A stretch of 64,000 bases of DNA from a virus. Where the stretch lies: the IMG/VR virus record IMGVR_UViG_3300002144_000072, positions 1 through 64,000 of that record. One strand, 5' to 3'. Made by a program: the position numbers and the translations under genes. Below are positions 37,338-45,884 of this stretch, piece by piece (the stretch's first letter is position 1; every line of letters starts with the position of its first letter). The notes below the pieces were generated by a model, which had not been told where the DNA came from, made no database searches, and saw nothing but the letters and a program-made list of their open reading frames with translations.

Positions 37338-37723
37338 AAAAAGTTATTTTTTCAGAAGTAATGGACAAGGAAGATAGCAACGGTGCTCCTTGGACAGAAT
37401 TAGAGTACGACGACTTTCATGTTGCTGTGTACAAAGACAGCTATCCGGTCACAGAAGGTCACAGACTGTTTGTACCTAAGTATAATAATGTTGATGTTCT
37501 AAAAGATGCGTTTAACGATGCAGTTGATCGAGGTCTTAAAGGAATGTTAGACGGAGAGTGGGACGGCTTTAATATCGGTCTCAACGTTGGCGAAGTTGCA
37601 GGACAAACTTGCTCTTGGCCACATGTTCACTTAATTCCAAGAAGGAAAGGTGACATGGAAGACCCTCGTGGCGGGGTACGTCACGTTATACCAGAAAGAG
37701 GAAATTATAAATTATGGAAATGA
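37334..37723 (+). CDS. HIT-family nucleotide hydrolase
   Basis: YPVTEGH.LFVP, GFNIGLN.G..AGQ, HVHLIPR (first His of the triad replaced by W). Confidence 0.85.
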   Translation: MKKVIFSEVMDKEDSNGAPWTELEYDDFHVAVYKDSYPVTEGHRLFVPKYNNVDVLKDAFNDAVDRGLKGMLDGEWDGFNIGLNVGEVAGQTCSWPHVHLIPRRKGDMEDPRGGVRHVIPERGNYKLWK

Positions 37724-37923
37724 GAGAAACTCTATTACAAGCTGTGCGTAATCATGCGTGGGGTCTTATTGAAAAACATCGTGCTAACGTAGAAGTATAT
37801 CTTGCTAATCCCGTTGGTATTGGCGAGCATTCTGATATTATTGAAGCCATCGAACACGAGCTTAAAGCTATAGCCGATTATCACGATCAGATCGAAGTAC
37901 TTGATAAATTTTTTAAAGACTAA
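37714..37923 (+). CDS. Hypothetical protein
   Basis: NVEVYL.NPVGIGEH.D motif. Confidence 0.65.
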   Translation: MEMRETLLQAVRNHAWGLIEKHRANVEVYLANPVGIGEHSDIIEAIEHELKAIADYHDQIEVLDKFFKD

Positions 37924-38115
37924 ATGAATACAGTACATATTCGCTGGACTTCTAGTATAAACTGGAACGAATTGTGTATTAGGGTATTAGAACATTACGG
38001 ACTTCCAGGCGGCAAGTATACTACTAAACTAGATACTAATTGGATGGAATTTATTTTTAAAGATGAAAAGGATGCTTTTTTATGCAAGATAATGCTCAGC
38101 GAACATGGACAATAA
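37924..38115 (+). CDS. Hypothetical protein
   Basis: ORF in operon. Confidence 0.5.
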   Translation: MNTVHIRWTSSINWNELCIRVLEHYGLPGGKYTTKLDTNWMEFIFKDEKDAFLCKIMLSEHGQ

Positions 38116-38282
38116 AACTCGAGGAAGATCCAGATACCGGTGATTTGGTTCTTCCATTTCCTCCAGACCTGCTAGCACAAGTAGGTTGGGATTTTGGAGA
38201 TACCCTAATTTGGGATGAAGGTAAAGACGGCACATTTATATTGTCAAAAAAGGTTGACAACGATTCAGAAAAGAGTGTATAA
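38082..38282 (+). CDS. AbrB/MazE-like small protein
   Basis: GDLVLPFP.DLL...GW..GD.L.W swapped-hairpin pattern. Confidence 0.6.
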   Translation: MQDNAQRTWTIKLEEDPDTGDLVLPFPPDLLAQVGWDFGDTLIWDEGKDGTFILSKKVDNDSEKSV

Positions 38283-38283
38283 T
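38254..38283 (+). promoter_or_regulatory. Sigma70 promoter TTGACA-18-TATAAT for queE
   Basis: -10 ends 6 nt before ATG 38290; -35 lies in a TTGTCAA/TTGACAA inverted repeat. Confidence 0.65.
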
Positions 38284-38289
38284 AATAAC

Positions 38290-39135
38290 ATGAGCAAATT
38301 AAAAATAGCAGAGCTGTTCTACAGCATTCAAGGTGAAGGACGCTACATGGGCGTTCCTTCTGTTTTCCTACGTGTCTTCGGATGCAATTTTAAATGTGCT
38401 GGATTCGGCATGCCTCGAGGAGAACTTTCAAACGAACTTGAGGCAATAGTATCTCGTGTTGCAGACTTTAAAGATTATAAAGAACTGCCACTAGTAAGTA
38501 CAGGATGTGACAGCTATGCTAGTTGGGATCCTCGTTTTAAACATTTAAGTCCAATGCTTACTAGTGAAGCTATTGTAGATCGTATTATGGAAATTCTTCC
38601 GCAAGATCACTGGAAGGACGAGCACCTGGTTATTACAGGCGGTGAGCCTTTACTAGGATGGCAACGTGCTTATCCAGATTTACTAAACAATCCTAAGATG
38701 CGTGACTTGAAAGAGATTACATTTGAAACAAATGGTACTCAGAAACTTACTCCGGAATTTAAAGGCTGGTTAGCTAAGTGGAACAGTACAGTTGGACATG
38801 AAGTCACATTTAGTGTAAGTGCTAAACTTCCATGTAGTGGCGAGAAGTGGGAAGAAGCGATCCTTCCAGAAGTTGTTTGTGAGTACGAAGAAGTAGGTAC
38901 AGCATACTTGAAGTTTGTTATTGCTACAGAACAAGACTTTGCTGATGCAGAACGTGCTGTTGAGGAATATCGTGCAGCAGGATTTAAAGGACACGTTTAC
39001 TTAATGCCAGTGGGTGGTGTAGAAAGCGTCTATGCATTAAACAATAAGAATGTAGCATTGTTAGCAATGAAGCATGGTTTGCGATATAGTGATAGATTGC
39101 AGGTACCCTTATTTAAAAACGAATGGGGTACTTAA
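38290..39135 (+). CDS. queE: 7-carboxy-7-deazaguanine synthase (radical SAM)
   Basis: ELFYSIQGEG...G.PSVFLR.FGCNFKC...CDS, VITGGEP, FETNGT, RLQ. Confidence 0.92.
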   Translation: MSKLKIAELFYSIQGEGRYMGVPSVFLRVFGCNFKCAGFGMPRGELSNELEAIVSRVADFKDYKELPLVSTGCDSYASWDPRFKHLSPMLTSEAIVDRIMEILPQDHWKDEHLVITGGEPLLGWQRAYPDLLNNPKMRDLKEITFETNGTQKLTPEFKGWLAKWNSTVGHEVTFSVSAKLPCSGEKWEEAILPEVVCEYEEVGTAYLKFVIATEQDFADAERAVEEYRAAGFKGHVYLMPVGGVESVYALNNKNVALLAMKHGLRYSDRLQVPLFKNEWGT

Positions 39136-39767
39136 TGAACGAAGATATTATAATACATAACGAAAACGAATATTGGAAGGCAGTTTATAAAAAACAAATA
39201 AAATTTGTATCTAAAAAAGATCCTACAGTAATACCATGGGAAATAAAAACATTTGATCCCAATTTAAAAGAAATTTTAGATTATTATAAATTAGATACGG
39301 GAAAACTTCTAGAATTAGGATGCGGGCGAGGAGACGATTGTAAATATCTTGCTGATAGAGGGTTCGATGTTACAGGCATAGATGTTTCTCCCGATGTGAT
39401 ACAGATTGCTAAAAATAATTCAACTAATGTTAAATTTATAGAAGGTGATATTTTTACAGAAGTATTTAATACACAATTTGATATTATATTTGACAGAGGT
39501 TTCTTACATAACTACGAAAATCAATTGTTTGAAATATTTGAAATATGTAGCAATGTAATAAAACAAGGCGGAAAGTTCATTATTATTTCAGGTAATGCTA
39601 ATCAACCGCCGATCGATAGCTGTACACCGCCTCCAATAAATATAGGTCAAATAGAATATCATTCGTTTCCATGGTTTAAAATACTCTACGCTAAAGAAAT
39701 AACATTTTACACAGATGAAAATTATTTGAATTGCCTAGGTTATATATTTGTATTAGAAAAAAAATAA
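39135..39767 (+). CDS. Class I SAM-dependent methyltransferase (TPMT-like)
   Basis: LLELGCGRG, VTGIDVS, FDIIFDRG.LH; markedly AT-rich. Confidence 0.82.
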   Translation: MNEDIIIHNENEYWKAVYKKQIKFVSKKDPTVIPWEIKTFDPNLKEILDYYKLDTGKLLELGCGRGDDCKYLADRGFDVTGIDVSPDVIQIAKNNSTNVKFIEGDIFTEVFNTQFDIIFDRGFLHNYENQLFEIFEICSNVIKQGGKFIIISGNANQPPIDSCTPPPINIGQIEYHSFPWFKILYAKEITFYTDENYLNCLGYIFVLEKK

Positions 39768-39776
39768 GGAAACTTA

Positions 39777-40217
39777 ATGCGTAAGTGGATTGAAAAATTA
39801 TTTGGTATTGATAAAGTTCGAGCAGAAGTAGAACGTTCAATAGTAATAGCGGCTGAAGCGACTGAAAGAGCAAAACTATCAACAGCGGAGGCGGATCGTG
39901 CTAAGGAAGCAGAAGAACTAGCAAAGCTAGATCCAAAAGCTCGTGCTACACGTAAAAAAGAAGCGTGGGTTGGTGTTGTTAATACTCACGTAAACAAAGA
40001 AAATGTTAGAAACGGCTTCTTTGAACTTGACTGGAACCCACAGTTTGTGCTACAATTAAGGCAAGAAGGATACGGCGAAGAAGGCGATCTAGAGGAAGAA
40101 ATTGTAGATCGTTGGTTCCGTGAACTCTGTGCTAACGTAGTTGTTGACGGCGACTTTGGTGGTCCGATTAAGACTGGTTCACTTGACATTAACGAAATTA
40201 AAAAGAAGAACACATGA
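39777..40217 (+). CDS. Hypothetical protein
   Basis: GFFELDWN..F...L motif; SD AAGGA. Confidence 0.6.
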   Translation: MRKWIEKLFGIDKVRAEVERSIVIAAEATERAKLSTAEADRAKEAEELAKLDPKARATRKKEAWVGVVNTHVNKENVRNGFFELDWNPQFVLQLRQEGYGEEGDLEEEIVDRWFRELCANVVVDGDFGGPIKTGSLDINEIKKKNT

Positions 40218-41200
40218 CATATATTTTAGTTGATACGGCAAATACATTCTTCCGTGCAAGGCACGTTATTAACGGCGATGCTGATATCAAACTAGGCATG
40301 GCTTTTCATATTACACTCAACAGTGTAAAGAAGGCTTGGCAAGACTTTAACGGCAGTCACGTTATCTTCTGTTTAGAAGGGCGTAGCTGGCGCAAAGATT
40401 ACTATGCTCCTTACAAAGCTCAACGTGCAGCCGCCCGTGCTGCGCATACAGAAAAAGAAGCAGACGAAGAAAAAATCTTCTGGGAAGCATTTGACACGTT
40501 TAAAGACTTTATTGCAGATAAAACAAACTGTACAGTTTTGCAAAATTCTCGCTTAGAAGCAGACGACTTAATTGCTGGCTGGATTCAGAGTCATCCTAAT
40601 GACGATCATGTTATTATCAGCACAGACACAGATTTCGTACAGCTAATTGCACCTAATGTGAAACAGTACAACGGTGTAATGGAAACTACTATTACACACG
40701 AAGGTATCTTTGATGCAAAAGGTAAACGTGTGATCGATAAGAAAACACAAGAGCCTAAAGCAATCCCAAATCCAGAATGGCTGTTGTTTGAAAAATGTAT
40801 GCGTGGCGACACGAGCGATAATGTGTTTAGTGCATATCCCGGTGTTCGCACTAAAGGCACTAGCAAGAAAGTTGGCCTTACTGAAGCATTTGAAGATCGT
40901 AATACTAAAGGCTTCAACTGGAATAACTTAATGTTGCAACGGTGGACTGATCATAACGGGCTTGAACATCGAGTATTAGAAGATTACGAACGTAATCGTC
41001 GTTTGATTGATCTTGCACATCAGCCCGAGGACGTTAAACAAATCATGTTTGAAACAATTGCACATGCTACTGGCGCTAATAAAAATATTAGTCAGGTTGG
41101 TATTAGACTTATTAAATTCTGTAATCTATACGATCTTAAAAAGATTTCGGATCAAGCACAGGCTTATGCAGAACCACTTAATGCGAGGTACACACAATGA
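40214..41200 (+). CDS. T4 RNase H-like 5'-3' exonuclease/flap nuclease
   Basis: ILVD, YK..R, EADD, STDTDF.QL, GDTSDNV. Confidence 0.92.
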   Translation: MTYILVDTANTFFRARHVINGDADIKLGMAFHITLNSVKKAWQDFNGSHVIFCLEGRSWRKDYYAPYKAQRAAARAAHTEKEADEEKIFWEAFDTFKDFIADKTNCTVLQNSRLEADDLIAGWIQSHPNDDHVIISTDTDFVQLIAPNVKQYNGVMETTITHEGIFDAKGKRVIDKKTQEPKAIPNPEWLLFEKCMRGDTSDNVFSAYPGVRTKGTSKKVGLTEAFEDRNTKGFNWNNLMLQRWTDHNGLEHRVLEDYERNRRLIDLAHQPEDVKQIMFETIAHATGANKNISQVGIRLIKFCNLYDLKKISDQAQAYAEPLNARYTQ

Positions 41201-41673
41201 CAGACTTTTTAGCTAAACCAATTATTGCAGATAAATTCTGGATTATTGAACAAGACGGAATTAAAATTGCTACACTAAGAAAGAACGAAGATAATCGTTT
41301 TGTAATGAGCAATGAAGATGGTGTTAAAATTTACGATACTAAAGAAAGCCTAACTCGAGAGTTTGGTAAAACATTTTTCACTGTTAAGATTGTTAAAGAA
41401 GCAAATACTGCACTACCTAACGAAGTTCACGGTTATCCTACAAGTACCGAACCGCATAACGCTATGTTTGATATTCGCAAGAAGCTTCCACTGTTTACAA
41501 AGAGCAGTGATTCAAAAAGTTTATACTGCGCTGGATATTATACAATTAAGTTTGATAAAGGTTGGGTAAAGAGTTTTTGTCCTAAAAAGATTACACTCGA
41601 ACGATATCCGTTTAAAGGCCCTTTTAAAACTGACATTGAGATGAAACAGGTACTAGCAAATGTCTCAAAATAA
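41197..41673 (+). CDS. Hypothetical protein
   Basis: Coupled ORF. Confidence 0.6.
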   Translation: MTDFLAKPIIADKFWIIEQDGIKIATLRKNEDNRFVMSNEDGVKIYDTKESLTREFGKTFFTVKIVKEANTALPNEVHGYPTSTEPHNAMFDIRKKLPLFTKSSDSKSLYCAGYYTIKFDKGWVKSFCPKKITLERYPFKGPFKTDIEMKQVLANVSK

Positions 41674-41908
41674 TTTGCCTGCTACATTACCTACAGTTGA
41701 AAAACTAATTCAACGTATTTCTATTGCCGACAGAAGTCAACAGAAAGAAATACGCATTACTATACAAGAAGCTAGAGATCTAACTGCTGAACTAGCTATC
41801 TTAACTGCTAGACTAGGCCGTACTGTAGGTGAAATACATCAATACCTAGCAGAGATTAAAGAATCTACTACCAATATCGACGTTAAATTCGACGGCGGGA
41901 ACTTCTAA
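41660..41908 (+). CDS. Hypothetical protein
   Basis: Coupled ORF ending DGGNF. Confidence 0.55.
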   Translation: MSQNNLPATLPTVEKLIQRISIADRSQQKEIRITIQEARDLTAELAILTARLGRTVGEIHQYLAEIKESTTNIDVKFDGGNF

Positions 41909-41950
41909 ATCATATAAATATATACGTGGTTAATTAGGAAACACGTATAT

Positions 41951-42235
41951 ATGAGCAGACCGAAACCAAAAATTATTTTAGAGCACGCCAATAAAGATAC
42001 CTATAAGATAGAACAAATCTTAGAGTCCGATGCTATCTGGGCTGTGTTTTATAAAGGTCAACCGTTTAATCTAAAGAGCGGTAGTCTAATTGCTAGCTAT
42101 CCCGGGCCAAAGTATAAAAAAGTATCTTTTTCAAATCCCGGACATGCACACAATTTAGCTAAAAAGTTAAATCAGTTGTTTAAGTGTACCGACTTCTCTG
42201 TGTTTAAACTAACAAATGGCGAAGAGATTCAATGA
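41951..42235 (+). CDS. Hypothetical late protein
   Basis: TATAAATA at 41913; SD AGGA. Confidence 0.65.
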   Translation: MSRPKPKIILEHANKDTYKIEQILESDAIWAVFYKGQPFNLKSGSLIASYPGPKYKKVSFSNPGHAHNLAKKLNQLFKCTDFSVFKLTNGEEIQ

Positions 42236-42636
42236 CCAATGCAAAGGATGCTTACACTAAAGTATTCTTGCGAGCAGCAAACTTAGAAACAGATCAAGAA
42301 ACACTAAACAAGTATAACGTAGTTTGGTGGTGGAACTTTAGACAAAAAGAAACAGGCGGGCTACGCCTTACTGAACACGCATTGCAATTCATAGAAGAAC
42401 ATGCTAAAATAAAAACATACAAAGTAGAATTTCCAAAAGATTTTGCAATAACTCCACAAGTTTTGATATGGTTAGATCAGTTTATTGATTCACCATTCTT
42501 TATAACCAAGAAGTATATCATTGTAATGAAAGAAAAAGCAGCATTTGAACTTTATCTATTTTCAGGCGATATAAGGAAAATAGGGTATAACAAAGCATTA
42601 TCTAAAAGATTAAGCCAAGAATCACTCCCAGAATAA
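42232..42636 (+). CDS. Hypothetical protein
   Basis: Coupled ORF. Confidence 0.6.
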   Translation: MTNAKDAYTKVFLRAANLETDQETLNKYNVVWWWNFRQKETGGLRLTEHALQFIEEHAKIKTYKVEFPKDFAITPQVLIWLDQFIDSPFFITKKYIIVMKEKAAFELYLFSGDIRKIGYNKALSKRLSQESLPE

Positions 42637-42657
42637 ACTACATATATAAATATTTTC

Positions 42658-42933
42658 ATGATGTTCGATCTAAACCCAATAGACGTTTTAAAACAACGAA
42701 AACTAAGTACTACTCCTCCGCACTTTAAAAAAGCTGAAGTGCCAGAGTCTACTATTTTCGACAGCAGCATTGACGACTGGATTAGGAATAAATTAAAAGG
42801 TAGATATTATCTTTTAAGACAACCTGGTATAGATCGTACAGGTCGTGTGCGATCAGCTACAGTTGTCGGGTTTGAAGATTCAAAAGAACTAACATACTTT
42901 ATGCTAGCATGTCCATTATTAAGGAGAAACTAA
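42658..42933 (+). CDS. Hypothetical protein
   Basis: TAAATA 5 nt before the ATG. Confidence 0.6.
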   Translation: MMFDLNPIDVLKQRKLSTTPPHFKKAEVPESTIFDSSIDDWIRNKLKGRYYLLRQPGIDRTGRVRSATVVGFEDSKELTYFMLACPLLRRN

Positions 42934-43178
42934 TGACTGAAGAAATTAAAGAAACAGAAATTGCTGAACAAGCAGCACCCGAATCTACTCAGGCAACAAA
43001 TGCTGCGCCGCAGCCAGGTCCTGCAGATTTAAATATCAGCGATTTAACTGCTCTAAAGAGCATTATCGAAGTTGCAACATCACGTGGAGCGTTTAAAGCA
43101 GCCGAATACGAAGCAGTTGGTAAGACATTCAACAAACTAAGTGCTTTCTTAGAAGCTGTCGCTAAAAAGGAGGGCTAA
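42933..43178 (+). CDS. Hypothetical protein
   Basis: SD AAGGAG and TAATG coupling; A..RGAF.A.E...VG motif. Confidence 0.6.
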   Translation: MTEEIKETEIAEQAAPESTQATNAAPQPGPADLNISDLTALKSIIEVATSRGAFKAAEYEAVGKTFNKLSAFLEAVAKKEG

Positions 43179-43181
43179 ATC

Positions 43182-43835
43182 ATGGCCGGAACATTAAAAC
43201 ACATTGGTAGAATTAACAACACAGGCGTAAAAGTATTGGTTGTTTTTAGAACACTACCGGGCGAATCGAATATGGCATTGGTATTACCAGTTCACAACTT
43301 GCCAGACGTATATCATGATTCTATCATGACTACAGTAGAAAGTGATCAATCACAAGAAGCGTTTGAATTTGGTGAGATTATGTTCATCAGACCGTTTCCA
43401 GATGGACGACCTATGCTTCAAGCAATGCAAGCAGATGGAAGATTGCAGAAAGTTGCAACTGATGCTATCACAATGACTCCAACTACTAACGATACTATTT
43501 TACTATCTCAGTTAAACGTGCTTATTGCTGAACAGAAGAATTGCACAGTTGATGATCTTACTACATTTGTTAAAGGTGCTCCTAAGAAAGATCCAAATGC
43601 CCCTGTAGTTGCTAATGCAGAAGCACAACCGTTAGTTGATCCAGATGTTCCTGCACCAGTAAGAGCACAAGCATCAAGTGCAGAAGCATTATCTGATAAG
43701 GATATTGCTAAATCGTATCGCAGTCAAGCTGATGCTATGTACAAAGAAGCAGCACGTTTACGTAAAGAAGCAGACCTTTTAGATCCTGCAGTTAAGAAAG
43801 CATCTAAAAAAGTAGAAGAACCTGCTGATGCCTAA
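43182..43835 (+). CDS. Hypothetical phage protein
   Basis: SD AGGAGG; KHIGR...VVFRTLPG. Confidence 0.65.
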   Translation: MAGTLKHIGRINNTGVKVLVVFRTLPGESNMALVLPVHNLPDVYHDSIMTTVESDQSQEAFEFGEIMFIRPFPDGRPMLQAMQADGRLQKVATDAITMTPTTNDTILLSQLNVLIAEQKNCTVDDLTTFVKGAPKKDPNAPVVANAEAQPLVDPDVPAPVRAQASSAEALSDKDIAKSYRSQADAMYKEAARLRKEADLLDPAVKKASKKVEEPADA

Positions 43836-44133
43836 TCCACTGTTTAAACCTCCGCGTCATCTTGTAAAAGAATGGCCGGAGGTTTTTGATGATCTCTATA
43901 TGAATACCATGCCTGTAGCATATCTAGACTTTATACATCTAGTATTTGAAGACGGCAGGGTGTGGGAGATTGATATTAAAACAGAACTAACTAAGAAAGA
44001 TCCAGAATCTATCGCAGATACACTGCTTAACACACTAACAGAATATAAAGACGAAATAGTTAAAATAGATTTTAAAGTTAATATAAATCGTCTTAAATCT
44101 GATATTAAAGATTCAACAGATACTATTTTTTAA
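43828..44133 (+). CDS. Hypothetical protein
   Basis: Last plus-strand gene; converges on 44113. Confidence 0.6.
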   Translation: MPNPLFKPPRHLVKEWPEVFDDLYMNTMPVAYLDFIHLVFEDGRVWEIDIKTELTKKDPESIADTLLNTLTEYKDEIVKIDFKVNINRLKSDIKDSTDTIF

Positions 44134-44871
44134 TTTTGAATAAATGATTTCTGCATTGTGGTTGTTAGATTCAGCACCACAATGCATTAAATCTCTTGCT
44201 GTATTTGTAAAATATAGTTTGTCAACCTCGCAATATTGTACAGTATCGTCAAACCAAGACGCATTAAAAGATTTAGCATCTTTCCACATATACTGTATTT
44301 GCTGAGAATCCAATATTCCCTTTATCAGAGAATTATGAATAGTTTTCATGTGGCCTTTCCAATAGTCATCACTTTCTGACCACAATCCTTTAAACTCCAT
44401 ATGTGTTTCATTGAATGTGACTAGCCTATTGATATTAGAAAATACATTTACAACAGCCCATGGTGTTGGATAATTTTTCTTAAGAAGAAAGTTATTATAC
44501 AATGCAAAATCAATACCTGCCGCAGGTACTCCTAAGTTGATAACAGGACGACCTGATAATTTTTCTAAGTAGTGACTTATAGTTTCGTCTTCAGCAACGC
44601 CAACTCCTGCTACCATTGAACATCCTATAATAACAATAGACTCTTTCCAATAGATATCAGCAAACTCTCTAGTTCGATATCCAAGAGAATTCACTTTATA
44701 TTCAATCTTTTTAGTTCTATAATGCCATGTGTCTGGTTGACTGATCAAGTTTCTAGCTAGAGCAGCTTCATCATCTGTTCCAGAGAATCGATTGTTGCCA
44801 AGTGTTAACCAATTTACTTTAAACAGATTATCTTCGGAAAAGTAGCCTGGCATGTGCGATCTAGAGTTCAT
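44113..44871 (-). CDS. SGNH/GDSL-like hydrolase or acyltransferase
   Basis: Y..NSLGYR, IGCSMVAG.G, INLG..A.G, D.MHCG. Confidence 0.65.
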   Translation of the reverse strand: MNSRSHMPGYFSEDNLFKVNWLTLGNNRFSGTDDEAALARNLISQPDTWHYRTKKIEYKVNSLGYRTREFADIYWKESIVIIGCSMVAGVGVAEDETISHYLEKLSGRPVINLGVPAAGIDFALYNNFLLKKNYPTPWAVVNVFSNINRLVTFNETHMEFKGLWSESDDYWKGHMKTIHNSLIKGILDSQQIQYMWKDAKSFNASWFDDTVQYCEVDKLYFTNTARDLMHCGAESNNHNAEIIYSKLKNSIC

Positions 44872-45884
44872 TTGTGTATATCCTTGATGTGCTTGTGCAA
44901 TTCGCTAGCAAATAAGTCGTGAGCTTTTGCACTAGGGTGACAACATACTGTTATCCAATTATTTTCTGTTCCTACTCCATTAAAATCCCAGAACCCAACG
45001 TTAGATATATTCTCTTGTTTTAAACACAGGTCTATAAATGTAGGACACTGTTGTGGAAGAAACATACTATCCCATGGCCATTGATCTACCATCATTTCTA
45101 AGTGTTTAACTTGATCTTTCGATACATCGGCCTTGTTAGAAATAAGAGTTTGATCTATATCACGTTCAAAGCCTTGTTTTAAAAATGCTTTGAAATAATC
45201 ACGAGTATACGTTTTATCAAATGCTGGAGTTATCACAAGTTTAGCGTTATGTACTTTACACCAGTTGATTAATTCTTGGACATGCAATAGCTGTTCTATT
45301 GCAGCTGATTTAGTAGAGTAAACTGCCTCTCCGTATCCTTGCCATAACATCCTACGAGGTGTATTCTCTAGTTGATCTTTCCAGTGAGGCCACATACATT
45401 GAAACTGATTAAAATCATTAAATTGATCCGATACTAAATCAAACCTCTCTTGGCCGCTGGGGACATACAACACCATCAATTCTTCTATATCTCCCCAATT
45501 TAACTGCGGCCATGTATACAAACTTTTAATAGTTGCTCGATTGCCCCTACCTGCTCTACCTAGATTAATTGGAGTATATTCTCCGTCAAAATATTTTTTA
45601 CAAAGAACATTCACAAATGCATTGTTGTGTTGCATGTGTGTCCAATTTATTTTATTATGTTCTATATACAGTTCAGGATATTGTTTTACAATATCAATCA
45701 TATCGCTACGACTAAGATTAGGTTCCATAGGAACTCCTGTACGCTCCATTGTCCACTCTAACCTATCATATAATTCCTGATCAATTGCGCCTTGACCTTC
45801 GACAAACGAACACCCGAGACTTATAATAGCTTTCTTAGTTCTTTTTAAACTTTGATTTATTTCTTTAATTTGGTTGTAATACAT
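44868..45884 (-). CDS. SGNH/GDSL-like hydrolase or acyltransferase
   Basis: LGCSFVEG.G, INLG..G.GN, HPS..AH..FA. Confidence 0.65.
   Translation of the reverse strand: MYYNQIKEINQSLKRTKKAIISLGCSFVEGQGAIDQELYDRLEWTMERTGVPMEPNLSRSDMIDIVKQYPELYIEHNKINWTHMQHNNAFVNVLCKKYFDGEYTPINLGRAGRGNRATIKSLYTWPQLNWGDIEELMVLYVPSGQERFDLVSDQFNDFNQFQCMWPHWKDQLENTPRRMLWQGYGEAVYSTKSAAIEQLLHVQELINWCKVHNAKLVITPAFDKTYTRDYFKAFLKQGFERDIDQTLISNKADVSKDQVKHLEMMVDQWPWDSMFLPQQCPTFIDLCLKQENISNVGFWDFNGVGTENNWITVCCHPSAKAHDLFASELHKHIKDIHK

Noticed and set aside
38082-38282. Toxin-antitoxin pair around the AbrB/MazE-like gene
   Set aside because: No recognisable toxin gene is adjacent; the downstream gene is queE.
44113-44133. 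Terminator between the two convergent arms
   Set aside because: The genes overlap by 21 nt and no hairpin is evident.
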